Assembly: GCA_964016885.1 (NCBI GenBank)
Contig: OZ024746.1
Span: 45,818,001 to 45,882,000 of the forward strand
Reading direction: 5' to 3'
DNA length: 64,000 bases
Source: Eledone cirrhosa
Lineage: Eukaryota
Positions within the stretch are counted from its first letter, which is position 1; each line of letters starts with the position of its first letter. Both the position numbers and the translations under genes were made by a program. The notes under the pieces are model-generated. The model saw only the letters and a program-made list of their open reading frames with translations, was not told the DNA's origin and made no database searches. This document shows positions 1 to 12,800 of the stretch, in pieces.

Positions 1-116
1 TACTTTGGGAGGGTCATGTTGCCAATAAGAAACACACGCACCAGTTGCTTTCACTTCAATTTATTATATATTTATAAATTTATAAATTTACAAATCTACA
101 AACTTATAAATTTCTG

Positions 117-344
117 GTACCAAATCCGCAATCAGTATGTTGATTTTGGTATGGTCCGACATGGCCGAGTTTCGGTGGATCAGATGTTTGGAAGTCATGG
201 GTTTGGCATAATGGGAATGGAGGATTTGTTTTTAAATCCTCCATTCCCATTATGCAAAACCCATGACTTCCAAACATCTGATCCACCGAAACTCGGCCAT
301 GTCGGACCATACCAAAATCAACATACTGATTGCGGATTTGGTAC
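117..344. repeat. Fold-back palindrome, 111-bp arms, 6-nt loop
   Basis: 117-227 is the reverse complement of 234-344 (one mismatch seen). It lies at the 5' truncation point of the PLE. Confidence 0.95.
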
Positions 345-1153
345 GGGTGATGAGAAATGTGTCCCGCATGTGCAACCCCGAAGAACTAGAGAGACACATA
401 CAACACTTCATCCACCGTATGCAGTTCTCTGGCTACAATCAGAGAGATAGAATCAGAGTGTATAAAGGAGCCAGAACCAAATGGGAAAAAATGGTAAATA
501 ATGACATAAATGGGACCTGCCCCTTGTATAGGAGAAAATTTTGGAATAGAATAGAAAGAACTAGGAACAAGGCCAATAGAATAAACTCATGGTATGATAG
601 CAATAAATACCAGAGTGTAATGTTCATCAATACAACCCCTAGAGGCGAACTAGCCTACAAATTTAGAAGGGCCCTAAATAAACATAATCTCAATATTAAG
701 ATAGTAGAAAGACCTGGTACCTCCGTAAAAACACTTATTAGCAAGACATACCCGTTCCAAAGACCCTCATGTATAGATAAGAAATGTATAACCTGTAAAA
801 TAAGCCCCCATATTAACTGTAAAACTAGAAATGTAGTGTATAGCATAAGATGTACTGAAGGACAATGTAGAAACAAAAATATAGTGTACATAGGTGAGAC
901 AGCTCGTAGTATAGGGGAACGAATAAATGAACACTGGCGAGACCTCCAAGATAATAAAGAATCATCTGTGCTCTACCAACATGCTAAGATAGAACACAGG
1001 GGTAGATTAGAGAGCATAGAAATAAAAATAGAATCCACGCACAGAAAAGACGCAATGTTTAGGCAAATTACAGAGGCAGTAAGCATAAAAGAATTAAAAC
1101 CAAAATTAAATAGAAAATATGAGTGGAATAGCAACATCACAACTTACAATTAA
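263..1153 (+). pseudogene. C-terminal part of PLE ORF (RT thumb + GIY-YIG endonuclease)
   Basis: Motifs CIDKKCITC (linker), NVVYSIRC...IVYIGETARSIGERINEH, RQITEA and LNRKYEW. Closely similar to the 9822 ORF. N-terminus is missing. Confidence 0.92.
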
Positions 1154-1430
1154 GGACAAAATGAAAACACACACACACATAGAACAAACAACTTACAATT
1201 GAAAACACACACAAAATGAAAACACACACAGGACAAAATGAAAACACACACACACATAGAACAAACAACCAACCAACAATAAATAAATAAACAAATAGAA
1301 AAATGAACACAAACACACACAGACACCCGGATGTGGCACATGCGCAAACTGAGCACACAACACACACACAGAAACAAAATGGCGTAGGATAGAAGAAAGA
1401 AAAGGCACAGAAACGAAGAAAGGAATCCCC

Positions 1431-1475
1431 AGTCACTGAAGAGGTCACAGAGTGTGTGACGAAAGAACTATGACT
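1431..1475 (+). ncRNA. Minimal type I hammerhead ribozyme in PLE-A pLTR
   Basis: agtca CTGAAGA g gtcaca-gagtg-tgtgac GAAA gaac TA tgact: stem I 5 bp, stem II 6 bp, both core boxes intact. Confidence 0.88.
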
Positions 1476-1699
1476 ATATATATAAACAACTATCTGGTTG
1501 TGGAACCAACCAACCAACCAGAAATTTATAAGTTTGTAGATTTGTAAATTTATAAATTTATAAATATATAATAAATTGAAGTGAAAGCAACTGGTGCGTG
1601 TGTTTCTTATTGGCAACATGACCCTCCCAAAGTATAACAATATCGGTTTCAACACACGATTTCAGATAAAGAATCTTGCTAAACAAATTCAGAAACGAA

Positions 1700-1840
1700 A
1701 TATGTATATATATATATGTATGTATATATATATATATATATGTATGTATATATATATATATATATGTATGTATATATATATATATGTATGTATATATATA
1801 TATATATGTATGTATATATATATATATATGTATGTATATA

Positions 1841-1890
<50 letters not shown>
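1700..1890. repeat. (TA)n microsatellite with TG interruptions
   Basis: Direct reading. Confidence 0.98.
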
Positions 1891-1891
<1 letters not shown>

Positions 1892-2332
1892 TGTTATACT
1901 TTGGGAGGGTCATGTTGCCAATAAGAAACACACGCACCAGTTACTTTCACTTCAATTTATTATATATTTATAAATTTATAAATTTACAAATCTACAAACT
2001 TACAAATTTCTGGTTGGTTGGTTGGTTCCACAACCAGATAGTTGTTTATATATAGTCATAGTCCTTTTGTCACACACTCTGTGACCTCTTCAGTGACTGG
2101 GGATTCCTTTCTTTGTTTCTGTGCCTTTCCTTTCTTCTATCCTACGCCATTTTGTTTCTGTGTGTGTGTTGTGTGCTCAGTTTGCGCATGCGCCACATCC
2201 GGGTGTCTGTGTGTGTTTGTGTTCATTTATCTATTTGTTTATTTATTTATTGTTGGTTGTTTGTTCTATGCGTGTGTGTGTTTTCATTTTGTCCTGTGTG
2301 TGTTTTCATTTTGTCCTTAATTGTAAGTTGTT
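1889..2332 (-). mobile_element. Solo PLE-A pseudo-LTR copy
   Basis: Reverse complement of about 1140-1642 with small indels. It ends in (TA)n after ...CCCAAAGTATAACAA. Confidence 0.92.
2054..2098 (-). ncRNA. Degenerate hammerhead (GAAA>AAAA) in second PLE-A pLTR
   Basis: Minus strand: agtca CTGAAGA g gtcaca gagtg tgtgac AAAA ggac TA tgact. G12 is lost by a CpG-type transition. Confidence 0.8.
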
Positions 2333-2425
2333 AATTGTAAGGACAAAATGAAAACACACACTATCTGCCAGTAGATATAACCAAAGCGAAGGAGCTACTG
2401 GCAGATGCCATAAAATACATAGTGT

Positions 2426-3316
2426 ATGGGGAAAATGGATCATTTTCGATCCACTCTCCTCCCGGAACTAAAAAGACAGAGACCCCTAAACACTGTCATG
2501 TTTAGGACAGTCTCAAACAAAAGCAAAAAACCAGCTCAACCATCACAGAGTGAGATAGAGCTGGTTTTAAAAGATGTCATGAAAGACATCATATTCATTC
2601 AGAAGGATAGACTCTACGGGAGTCTATCCATTCTCATGAAGGACAGGGACACAGCAGTGAAACTGTCCATAAAACCAATTACATCCACTGCATACACCTT
2701 CTACCCTACGTACATGGGTAGAAGGACACAAAAAATAAAAATTCACACCATCCTGCCGATTATGGACATATGGTGGGTTTTGACAGGTTTCCTGAACCTG
2801 GATGATGACACATTAATATCCAGGGGAAAGGCATCGGGTGACGCGTTCAGTGGAACGAGCCTCGAACTTGTAGTTCAAATAAGGCCCGAAAGGATTGCCC
2901 AGATCCCTGAACGTGTCATACTGGATGATCAAACTTTTATCAACATTACCATTGAGGGTAGGCGGCCCTCGTGTTACCTCTGTGGAGCCAGAGGTCACCT
3001 GAGGGCTGTCTGTCCTCAACTTAATAAGAAAACCCCAATCCTGCCTACACCACCAACAACTGCACAACCAACACAATCACCACAACCACCACTACAAAAA
3101 CAACAACCACAGCTCAAACCAAAACAAAACAATGTCCAACCCATCCCCCCCACTAAAAAAAAAACAATTTCCAAAACACCCGCACCGCAAACACAACCCG
3201 AAAATCTACCCCTCCCCTCCAACGTGGAAGATGACCCTCATTCGTCATCAGACGAGGAGGAGCACTCCACACAATCAAAAGAAAAAAAAGAAAACACACC
3301 TCAGACACACAAATGA
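2426..3316 (+). CDS. Tx1/L1-type ORF1 (gag-like zinc knuckle, Pro/Gln-rich tail); N-terminus probably truncated
   Basis: CYLCGARGHLRAVC (CX2CX4HX4C) upstream of an APE-RT ORF2. Confidence 0.78.
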   Translation: MGKMDHFRSTLLPELKRQRPLNTVMFRTVSNKSKKPAQPSQSEIELVLKDVMKDIIFIQKDRLYGSLSILMKDRDTAVKLSIKPITSTAYTFYPTYMGRRTQKIKIHTILPIMDIWWVLTGFLNLDDDTLISRGKASGDAFSGTSLELVVQIRPERIAQIPERVILDDQTFINITIEGRRPSCYLCGARGHLRAVCPQLNKKTPILPTPPTTAQPTQSPQPPLQKQQPQLKPKQNNVQPIPPTKKKTISKTPAPQTQPENLPLPSNVEDDPHSSSDEEEHSTQSKEKKENTPQTHK

Positions 3317-3400
3317 ATACAACCCCTCCCCAAAACATAACACTGACAACAACAGCAAACAAAAAACACCACACAAAAACAAAAACATGCATACACACGC

Positions 3401-4120
3401 ATCATCATCATCATCATCATCAACGTTTAACGTCCGTGTTCCACGCTTGCATGGGTTTGGACGGGGGTAGTCCCACTTGAGGCAAGAGTGATTGTCTTGC
3501 TCGCATAGGACTGTCTGGCAGGTTTTCTACAGTTGGATGCCCTTCCTAACACCAACCACATTTACAGTGTGGGTCTGGGAGGTTTTTACCGTGTTGCCTA
3601 CACGGCCACATTACAGCGTGGACTGTGTGTTTTTTTGTCGTGACACCTACACGATCTCATTTGTTTCGGCCCGGATGGCGCGGCACCAACATAACTTTAC
3701 ATAGGACGGGGTGGTGTGGATGGGGTGGGGGTGGTGGTGGTGGGACGGGGTGTATTTTGTTAGAGATGCCTACTGGCAAGGCGGGTCTTCTCTGTTACTG
3801 AGTACCGCCAAAGGTCTCGGTCCAGTGACATTGTCTTGGAGAGGTGTAAGTGTGTGAGGTCGGAGTTTATCAGCTCGTCCCAGGTTTTTCTAGGTCTGCC
3901 TATTCCGTGGCTACCGTCTATCTTTATTGCCCTGCACTTTGTTATACAGCTATCGACTTTCATGCGCATCACGTGTCCATACCAACGTAGCCTTCTCTCG
4001 AGTAAACAACATCTGATCCCTCTTATCTCTAATTTTTTCCTTAGTTCGTTTATGCTTTGCCGTTCACGTATATTACTGTTACACATCCAGCGGAGCATGC
4101 AAGCTTCGTTCCTCTCTAGT
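3401..4120 (-). mobile_element. RTE family A 3' fragment nested in the Tx1 element
   Basis: [12 protein letters not shown]...GRPRKTW, 3' UTR and (GAT)n tail. Near-identical to 14913-15660. Confidence 0.93.
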
Positions 4121-4513
4121 CTCAAACACAAGAAATAAAAAACCGTTAAACATTGTGTACAACAACAATTTAATAAAAACCCAAGGGCCTAACTTCATCC
4201 AAGCAGGGGATTTCCCCCACCTCAAAATGATTAAGGCCCCAGAGGACACATATAAAACACTAAAAAACAACTTTAAAGAGGACATGGACCCCCCTGCATC
4301 GGGCCCAGTAACCGCGTCCTCCTAAAAAACTACCCCACCCCCTCCCCAAACACCCACACAACTCCAAACACCCCAACCACATAACACACTGATGCCCCTG
4401 CACTTCCATAAACCACCACCCCACCCAACAACCCATCCCCCACCCTCATGGAAATTGTGCAGCCCGATACCCGGGACGCAGAGAGGTAGTTGCCTTTTCT
4501 CTTCACCACCAAC

Positions 4514-7500
4514 ATGGCTATGCTAAGAGTAGGCTGTCTAAATGCGCGTGGCCTGGGCTCAACTTGGAAGCAAGCAATGCTTCTAAATGACGTCAGGTCA
4601 CAACGTATAGATGTGATGGTTATTTGTGAGGCCCGGATCAGCAACGTGCGACATCTGGCCCCCACCTTTGATGACTTTGAGATGCACGCATCTCTCTGTC
4701 AGCCCGGAGGTGGGGGTGGGGTTGTCGTTCTGCTGCAAAAACATCTGGGTCTCGCAACACAGATGGTACATTTGGACCTGGAGGGTCGACTAGTGGTTTT
4801 GGACCTTGGCAGTGGTGAAGGCGGAGCGTTTAGGTTGGTAGCCATCTACGGCCCTTTCGGGTCAATGCGGCCGGACTTCTTCCATCGTCTGGAGACTTTT
4901 CTAGGGACGTCCCGCTCCTTGCTATTAGTCGGTGACTGGAATGGTATCCTAGATGCACGCTCGGACTACGTAGGGGCCTGTCCCGATAGAGAGGGGTGTA
5001 ATAGCCTCAAAGGGTTAATCGGTCGATTTGACCTGGCCGATAGATATCGACTAGATTTTCCGACTGCGCCAACCTGGACTTGGGCAAACCGAAGCGGATC
5101 ATCTAGGTCGTACCTAGATAGGGTCTTAGTTAGAAATAAGGATAAGGACTTTTTAAGTTGTCCAAAAATGCGCATGGTTGGCTATTCAGACCACAAGTTA
5201 GTGACCTGCATGGTCAACCTTGACAGAATGCATAAACAGGGACCCGGTTACTGGAAGCTCAACTTGTCCTTACTGGCAAGTAAGGCTTACAGGGACCGGA
5301 TTAGCACTTTAGTTAAGGAGCGGTTGATGGGCGCCATCGTCAACAGCAGGTAGTGGGGATCTCTCAAAAGAGAGATTAGAGTAGTCTCTATAGAATTTAG
5401 TAAGGAGTTAGCCTCAAATAGAAATAGGAAGGAAGGGGAGTTGGTAGATAGTGTAGAAGAGGCAATTAGAAGCGGCGACGTGGCCAGAGTGCTAGCGTTG
5501 AGAACGGCCCTGGGCCAGTTCTTCGACGTGAAACACGAAGGCTGCATCGTCCGAAGCAAAATATGTGCTCTGGGAAACGAGGGGACCAAAGCTGTTAGCT
5601 GGGCCCATGTGACAGAAGCCAAAAGAGGGAGTAGATCCACTATCCGGTTTTTGTGAGACCAGGATGGACGGGTGATCCTTGAGCCTAAGCAAATGTGCGA
5701 GGCTTTTCAAAAGCACTTTGCCAGATTGTTGGGAAGGGGCGGGGAGCTGGTTGGGGAAGTGGACTTCGGTCCATACCTCAATGGCCTGCCGCGTCTCTCG
5801 GACAGGGAGGCGAAGTCCTGCAAGGAGCTGATTTCAGCTGCTGAGATAGAGGACGTGTTGAGCCAATGCGTCAAACGCAAATCCTCGGGTCTCGATGGTC
5901 TTCCGTACGAACTATATCTAGCTATGCCGGACTTGTTCCCCGATCTCCTCGAGGCGGTCTACTGCAACTGGCAACAGAACAGGAGAATTCCCTGTGCTGT
6001 GACCAAGGGCGTAGTCATGCTAGTGAGGAAGGACAAGAACAAGGGGGACGATATAAATAATTTCAGGCCCATAACTCTGCTAAATACAGAGTTACAGATT
6101 TTGGCCAAGGTGCTAGCAAAGAGGTTGCCGCTTGTCGTGGGCAACCTGGTGGGAGATGCGCAGACATGTGCTATCCCGCCCAGGTCCATCCACGACAACC
6201 TCCACCTCATGCGATACATCATAGAGAGGGTTGGGAATGAACCCAGCTTTGGTGGGGCCCTGATCAACTTTGATCAATCTAAGGCGTTCGATAGGGTCGA
6301 CCATGGTTACCTGGATGCGGTGCTAGCGGCGGAAGGCTTCGGACCCGTTTTCAGGGGCTGGATCAATGCCATGCACAGCAGCCGCATCTGCTCTAGGGTC
6401 AAGGTGAACGGCTACCTCTCGGAGCCATTCGAAATCGCGCGGTCCATCCGACAAGGGGTGCCCTCTCTCCTCCCTTCTGTATGTAATGACTCTAAAGCCA
6501 CTGCTGCGGAAGTTGGAGTTGTTGCAGGGCATCCCTTTGGAACAGGGATTGCGGAAAGCGGTATCGGCCTACGCCGATGACGTAACAGTAATGGTGTTGA
6601 CGGCCTCGGAAATCGGGGCAATCGGCACCTTACTGGAGGAGTAAGATAGGTTTACAGGGGCTAAGCTGAACCGGGACAAGTCGATCGGTCTGCAACTCGG
6701 CACCTCCAGGTATTCCTCACCGATCAACCGGTGTGGGCCCCGTTTGTGAGGCGAGCCTTTCCCAGACTCGTCTCGCTCACCGAGCTGCAATCCTGGGTCA
6801 AGCAAAGACCGAGAAAACTGGCCGCCTCGCACACCGAGTGTGCCCAGGCACTCACAGCTCTCTGGCAGGCGGACCCAGCTGTCAGTGGAGAATCCACCTC
6901 GTCATTCTATAGAGGGCTGGTGGTTAGCAGGTGTGACAACACCCTCAGGGAAGCCCTAGGCATGGAGGATGATGAACTGGCCAACCTGTTCGGTAAGACA
7001 TTCAGCCCGGGACCCATGGATAACTTCCAGAGGTCCCTGGCCTGGCAGTGCTACTGAGGGGCTCTGCCCGTTCGAGAAAGGCTCTACAGACACGGGCGCC
7101 TGGGTAGGAACCCCTCGAAAAAGATCTGTCCCAGATGCGTGTGCGACGAGAAAACCATTGCACACGCATTGGTACACTGCTCGGGCATTGCCGATCTGTG
7201 GGGCTATGTCGAACAACTGCTGTCAAGGGTGGGACCGATCCGGTTGACCACCGAGTCTATTGTAACGATCAAGCCGCCTCCCCTCTTCAAAAACGAAGGA
7301 GAGGTGGTGTTTCTGAGCGTAAGAGCCATGGTGAAAGAGGTTGTATGGTGGACGCGTCTGAAAGGACTGAGTTCAGGCACCTTTCTCTCTGGCCAACAAC
7401 TGGTTCATTTCTTCTGATATCATTTCAGAAGAAGGATCAGGATGGAGAGAGAGGTGTTGCACACCAGCCGTTTTTATGAAAGATGGGTGAAAGTGGCGAG

Positions 7501-7543
7501 AATGGCCCGTGTGAATGGGCCTTCACACTACATCAGACTATAG
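4514..7543 (+). pseudogene. Tx1/L1 ORF2 (APE endonuclease + RT + CCHC) with stops, frameshifts and a deletion near 6720
   Basis: GCLNARGL, VGDWN, YLDRVLV, YSDH; GLDGLP, FRPITLLN, KAFDRVDH, SIRQG, YADD (about 6570-6581); CPRC...HALVHC. Confidence 0.9.
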
Positions 7544-7766
7544 GTGAGGAAGATGAAAGATCAAGGGAGCAACCCCTCTCTGTGCTCCTGAGGAGAAGGG
7601 TTGCACACTTTTGAGGATTTTGTTATAAAATTTATTTTGTTATATTTTATTTTATTTTTATATTTTGTTATTGCCTCCTCCTTATTAAGGACACCTTTTC
7701 ATGTAAACTCCCCCCATTGTACTTGTCCCACTTTTTGATGCCCTGGTGGCAAATAAAAAGAAAGTT

Positions 7767-8105
<339 letters not shown>

Positions 8106-8358
8106 GTTTTGCGAGGTTTTTTATATGAAATCGTGTGTCGAAACAGATATTGTTATATTTGGGGAGGGTCATATTTGCGTAATATTGCCAGAATTAATAA
8201 CAGAACACACTCACTGTTTGGTTGGTTTTCGCTTCTCGCTGTCTTTTATATATATATATCTGCGATCTGACTTACTCGGTCCTCAATGTTGCCATTGACT
8301 GACCGGCGGTCAAAAATAATACAGATACAATATAGACACAAACACATATATATAGTTT

Positions 8359-8414
8359 ACATAATTTACATAAATCTTTCGTTGCACATCTGCAACATCG
8401 TCAGTGGTGTTATA
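8359..8414 (-). ncRNA. Hammerhead ribozyme in inverted PLE-B pLTR
   Basis: Minus strand: ca CTGACGA t gttgca-gatg-tgcaac GAAA gatt TA tg. Stem I is short and interrupted. Confidence 0.75.
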
Positions 8415-9821
8415 TTCATTGTTCCTCCTGTTGTGTTGTATGTCTACGCCATTTTTTTTTGTTCAGTCTGTCTATATATTTATTTATTTATTTGCTTGTT
8501 TGTTTATCTTATTTTATTTTGTCTTCTTTGCGCATGCGTTTGCGTGTGTGTATAGTGTTATGTGTGATGTGTGACTAGTGTGTATAGTGTTGTGTCTGCT
8601 GGGTGACTAGTGTGTGTTTATGTGCTTGTGTATGTATTTATTTATCTTATTTTATTTAATTTTATTTACTTATTTATACTTCTCTTAGGTCAGTGTTGTT
8701 TGTTTGGGTGTTGTTGTTGTTCCACTCATTCTTTCTGTTTAGCTTTGGTCTTCTAATTTCTATTTCACTGGCCTCTCTGATTTGCCTATCTGCTGGGTCA
8801 TTCCTATGTTTAGATATTATTCTAATTTCTATGTTGTCTATGTTACCGTCATGTTGTTGTCTAGCATGTTCGTATAGTACTGACCCGTTTTTTCGTCCTT
8901 TTAGTTCCCCCCCAGTGTTGGTCTATCCTTTCACCTATGCTACGAGCTGTCTCACCTATGTATGTTGTTGTCATGTTTCTGCAAGTACCCTCTGTACATC
9001 TTATGCTATAGACTACGTTTCTAGTTTTACAGTTTATCCGGGGGTTCACCTTACATATGATACATTTCCTATTGGTACAGTGGGTTTTCTTAAAAGGGTA
9101 GGTTTTGCTGATCAGGGATTTTATGGTGGTTCCTGGCTTTTCTACCACCTTTATTTTTAAGTGGGTCTTTCTCAGGGGCTTTCTACACTGGTTAGCTAAT
9201 TTCCCTCCAGGGGTGGCGTCCACAAACATGACACTCTGATATCTCTGGTTGTCGTACCATGATGTGGCCTTCCCTATCTTATGTCTAGCCCTATCTAAGC
9301 TATTCCATGATTTGCTCCTGTATAGTGGGCAAATTCCTTTCATGTCCAGTTCTATGAGGGTCTTATACTTTTCCATGGCTCCTTCGTATACTCTGACTCT
9401 GTCTCTTTGGTTGTAGCCAGAGAACTGCATGCGGTTGATGAAGTGTTGGATGTGTCCTTCCATTTCTGTTGGGTCGCACATGCTGGACACATTCTTCATC
9501 ACTCGTACCAAATCTGCGATCAGAATATTAAACTTAGCACTACTGGACATTGCTGAGTTTTTGAGTATCAGGTATTTGGAGGCCATGGGTTTAGCATAGT
9601 GTGAGTGGAGAATTTGGGCTCTCTCGTCTATAGTGTTAATCCAGAGTTCTGTGTCTAATACAGGTAGTCTATTGTTAGGGTGTTTGGAAGGGAAGTCAAT
9701 GGCAACATTGAGGACCGAGTAAGTTAGATCGCAGATATATATATATAAAAGACAGCGAGAAGCGAAAACCAACCAAACAGTGAGTGTGTTCTGTTATTAA
9801 TTCTGGCAATATTACGCAAAT

Positions 9822-12800
9822 ATGACCCTCCCCAAATATAACAATATCTGTTTCGACACACGATTTCATATAAAAAACCTCGCAAAACTAATTCATCGCC
9901 GCTATGGCATTAGCTTGTGCCAAGCTGAAAGGTTATTGAAAGACACTGTTTTCTGTTATATAAAAACTACAATAACAACAGAACAAATCCGCTTCTTAAA
10001 ACACTGTGTTTCCTCCAAAACATACACAACAAACATATCAAAACAAGTAAATAATTTATTATTGAACAAAACACAAGCTGAACGGCTAAAACACACAATA
10101 ACAGTTAATATGAAAAGAACAACATACACAAAAGTCAACGCACTCTACAGACAAAAACGCATCAACGGTAAGGAAATCCGAAATCTCATCACAGCAAACG
10201 AGAGAGATGACTTCATGAGCGTCATCCGACGCGAAACGAAATATGCTCAAAACGAATGCTGTAGGCATTTCAAGAAGAAATTAGAATGGATGAATAAGAA
10301 AAAACTACAAGAAAGGAAAATCGAATATTCTCAAAAATACCCAGATAACATCGACAACATCCGTATGAGTGATGTAAAACTACCGGAAGAATTTACCAAT
10401 GACCACACAGTAAATATCTATGGGAACACTTTAATCAGTGAACAAGAACAACAAATCCTAAAGTTACCACCAAAATTTGCCATCTACAAAAAGATTAACC
10501 CTATGGAATGCAAAACGGAGCTGGAAAAGTGTTTCACAAAAATACGTTGGAATGCAAAGGTAAACAACAATAATAACGGTAGTAGTAATATAAACAATAA
10601 CTCTGGGTATAGAAATAACAGCCATAACCATAACAATGGCAGGAAAGTGAGAAATAGTGATAATGGCAATAATACTAGCGATAGACAGAACAACAACAAC
10701 CACAATAATAATAATAGTAGAAACGTTAACCACAGACACAGCAACAGTGACCACAGTAGTAATAACGGTAACAATACGAACAACAACAACAACAATAACC
10801 ACAGTGGTAATAATGGAAATAGTACATGTAGCAACATCAACAAAAACAAGAAACATAATAATAGTAACAACCACAATGGTAGAAATAGCAGTAACAACAA
10901 CAACAATAACGGTGAAGTAAACAACAATACATCTAGCAATCATAACAATAATAATATTAATGCTAATGATAGAAACAACAACAACCACCATGATAACAAT
11001 AATAGCAACACACACAACTATGACGATAGAAATAACGACAACCCCTTAGAGAAACTATTTTTCAACCCAGCTGACAAAACATATAAGATGGGTAATATCT
11101 ATCCTACGAGGTTACCCTTTAATAAAAGAGTTTGCATACCACAGCAAATAGATGACGAGACGGAGGCACAGTTCACCATAGCTAGAAATAAGATTAGACA
11201 AGTAGTAGACAGGTACACTATGAGACAGAGCAGACCAGAGGCCCAACAACTTGGGATAAAACCTGTAGAAGGCTTGGTTAGCCTCAAGCAGCGCACAAGG
11301 GATGGTGAGGTAGTGTGTCTACCCACAGATAAGTCTGGTAGGATGTCAATAGATAGCATGCCGAACTACATCGAGGCAATGCAACCCCACATCACCAACA
11401 CGAGCGAAGTTGCACAACTAACACACGATGGGAGAGAAAAAATCCTCAACGCTCACATGATGATGTGGACTGACATCTTAAAGCCAAGCAGACGCACTGC
11501 CAACAACTTCCAGGCGTCTAACAATGGCATACCACCCTTGTATGGGCTCCGCAAAGACCACAAGACAGTCGACGACCCGACAACAGGACCACCAACAAGA
11601 CCCGTATGCGGAGCTAATATAGCTAGCAACTACAGGATCTCCTACTTCCTCTCAATGGTTATACGCCCCATAATCAAGATGTCCCCAGATGTATGTGAAA
11701 GTACAGAGGACCTCCTCAGCAGAATCAGTGAGTGCAACAAAAACAGGAGCCTATCCAACTGCATAATAGGCAGCATGGATGTGGTGTCACTGTACCCATC
11801 CATTAACATTGATTTTGCTGTGAAAAGATGTGTGGAGATGATCATTGAGAGTGAGGTGGAGTTCTGCGACGTCGACACAGACGAACTGGGCCTCCTACTT
11901 AGACTTACCTACGACACTGACTACCTAGACAGCCATGACCTTAGATGTTTCTGCCCTAGTAGACCTATAAGAGGTAGACCCCCCACCATAACCTCAATGG
12001 CTAAAAAGACTCCCATAGGAAGATGGATTGGGTGGACCAAAGCTATACGGACCCCCCAAAACACTGATCAGGTAAGTAAAATGGTCGCACATGCAATAGG
12101 GGCTAGTATCAAAACTACCCTAAAGGGCCACATATTTAAGTTCAATGAGAAAATCTACACTCAAAATGAGGGAGCAGCCATCGGCGTCAGCATAGCTGGT
12201 GATGTTGCCAACCTTTTCATGGTATGGTGGGAAAGGAGACTTAAAGATCTCCTTAATGAAAGCTCCATAGACCTCATCATGTACTCTCGTTATGTAGACG
12301 ATATCAATATAGTTATAAGAACACCCCCACTAGAGAGCACTAACAGGTTTGATTTAGAACGTAGCACGATGGAAAGCATCCAGCAGATAGCTAATTCCAT
12401 ACACCAGAGTATAACTGTAACTATAGACTTCCCTTCCAAACACCCTAACAATAGACTACCTGTATTAGACACAGAACTCTGGATTAACACTATAGACGAG
12501 AGAGCCCAAATTCTCCACTCACACTATGCTAAACCCATGGCCTCCAAATACCTGATACTCAAAAACTCAGCAATGTCCAGTAGTGCTAAGTTTAATATTC
12601 TGATCGCAGATTTGGTACGAGTGATGAAGAATGTGTCCAGCATGTGCGACCCAACAGAAATGGAAGGACACATCCAACACTTCATCAACCGCATGCAGTT
12701 CTCTGGCTACAACCAAAGAGACAGAGTCAGAGTATACGAAGGAGCCATGGAAAAGTATAAGACCCTCATAGAACTGGACATGAAAGGAATTTGCCCACTA

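Larger units (their letters stand above)
1..1700 (+). mobile_element. Penelope-like element family A, 5'-truncated, with inverted pLTR piece and fold-back at the 5' junction
   Basis: The ORF fragment has an RT thumb, a Cys linker and GIY-YIG. Positions 1-117 are the reverse complement of about 1519-1634. The 3' pseudo-LTR ends by restarting the ORF (ATG ACC CTC CCA AAG = [15 protein letters not shown], 1618-1699) and then runs into (TA)n. Confidence 0.93.

Noticed and set aside
9719-9780. Possible PLE pLTR intron (GTAAGT donor, CAG acceptor)
   Set aside because: No polypyrimidine tract, and it cannot be supported without transcripts.
10464-11015. Hydrophobic Val/Ile/Leu-rich minus-strand ORFs
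   Set aside because: Antisense shadow of the Asn-rich PLE tract.
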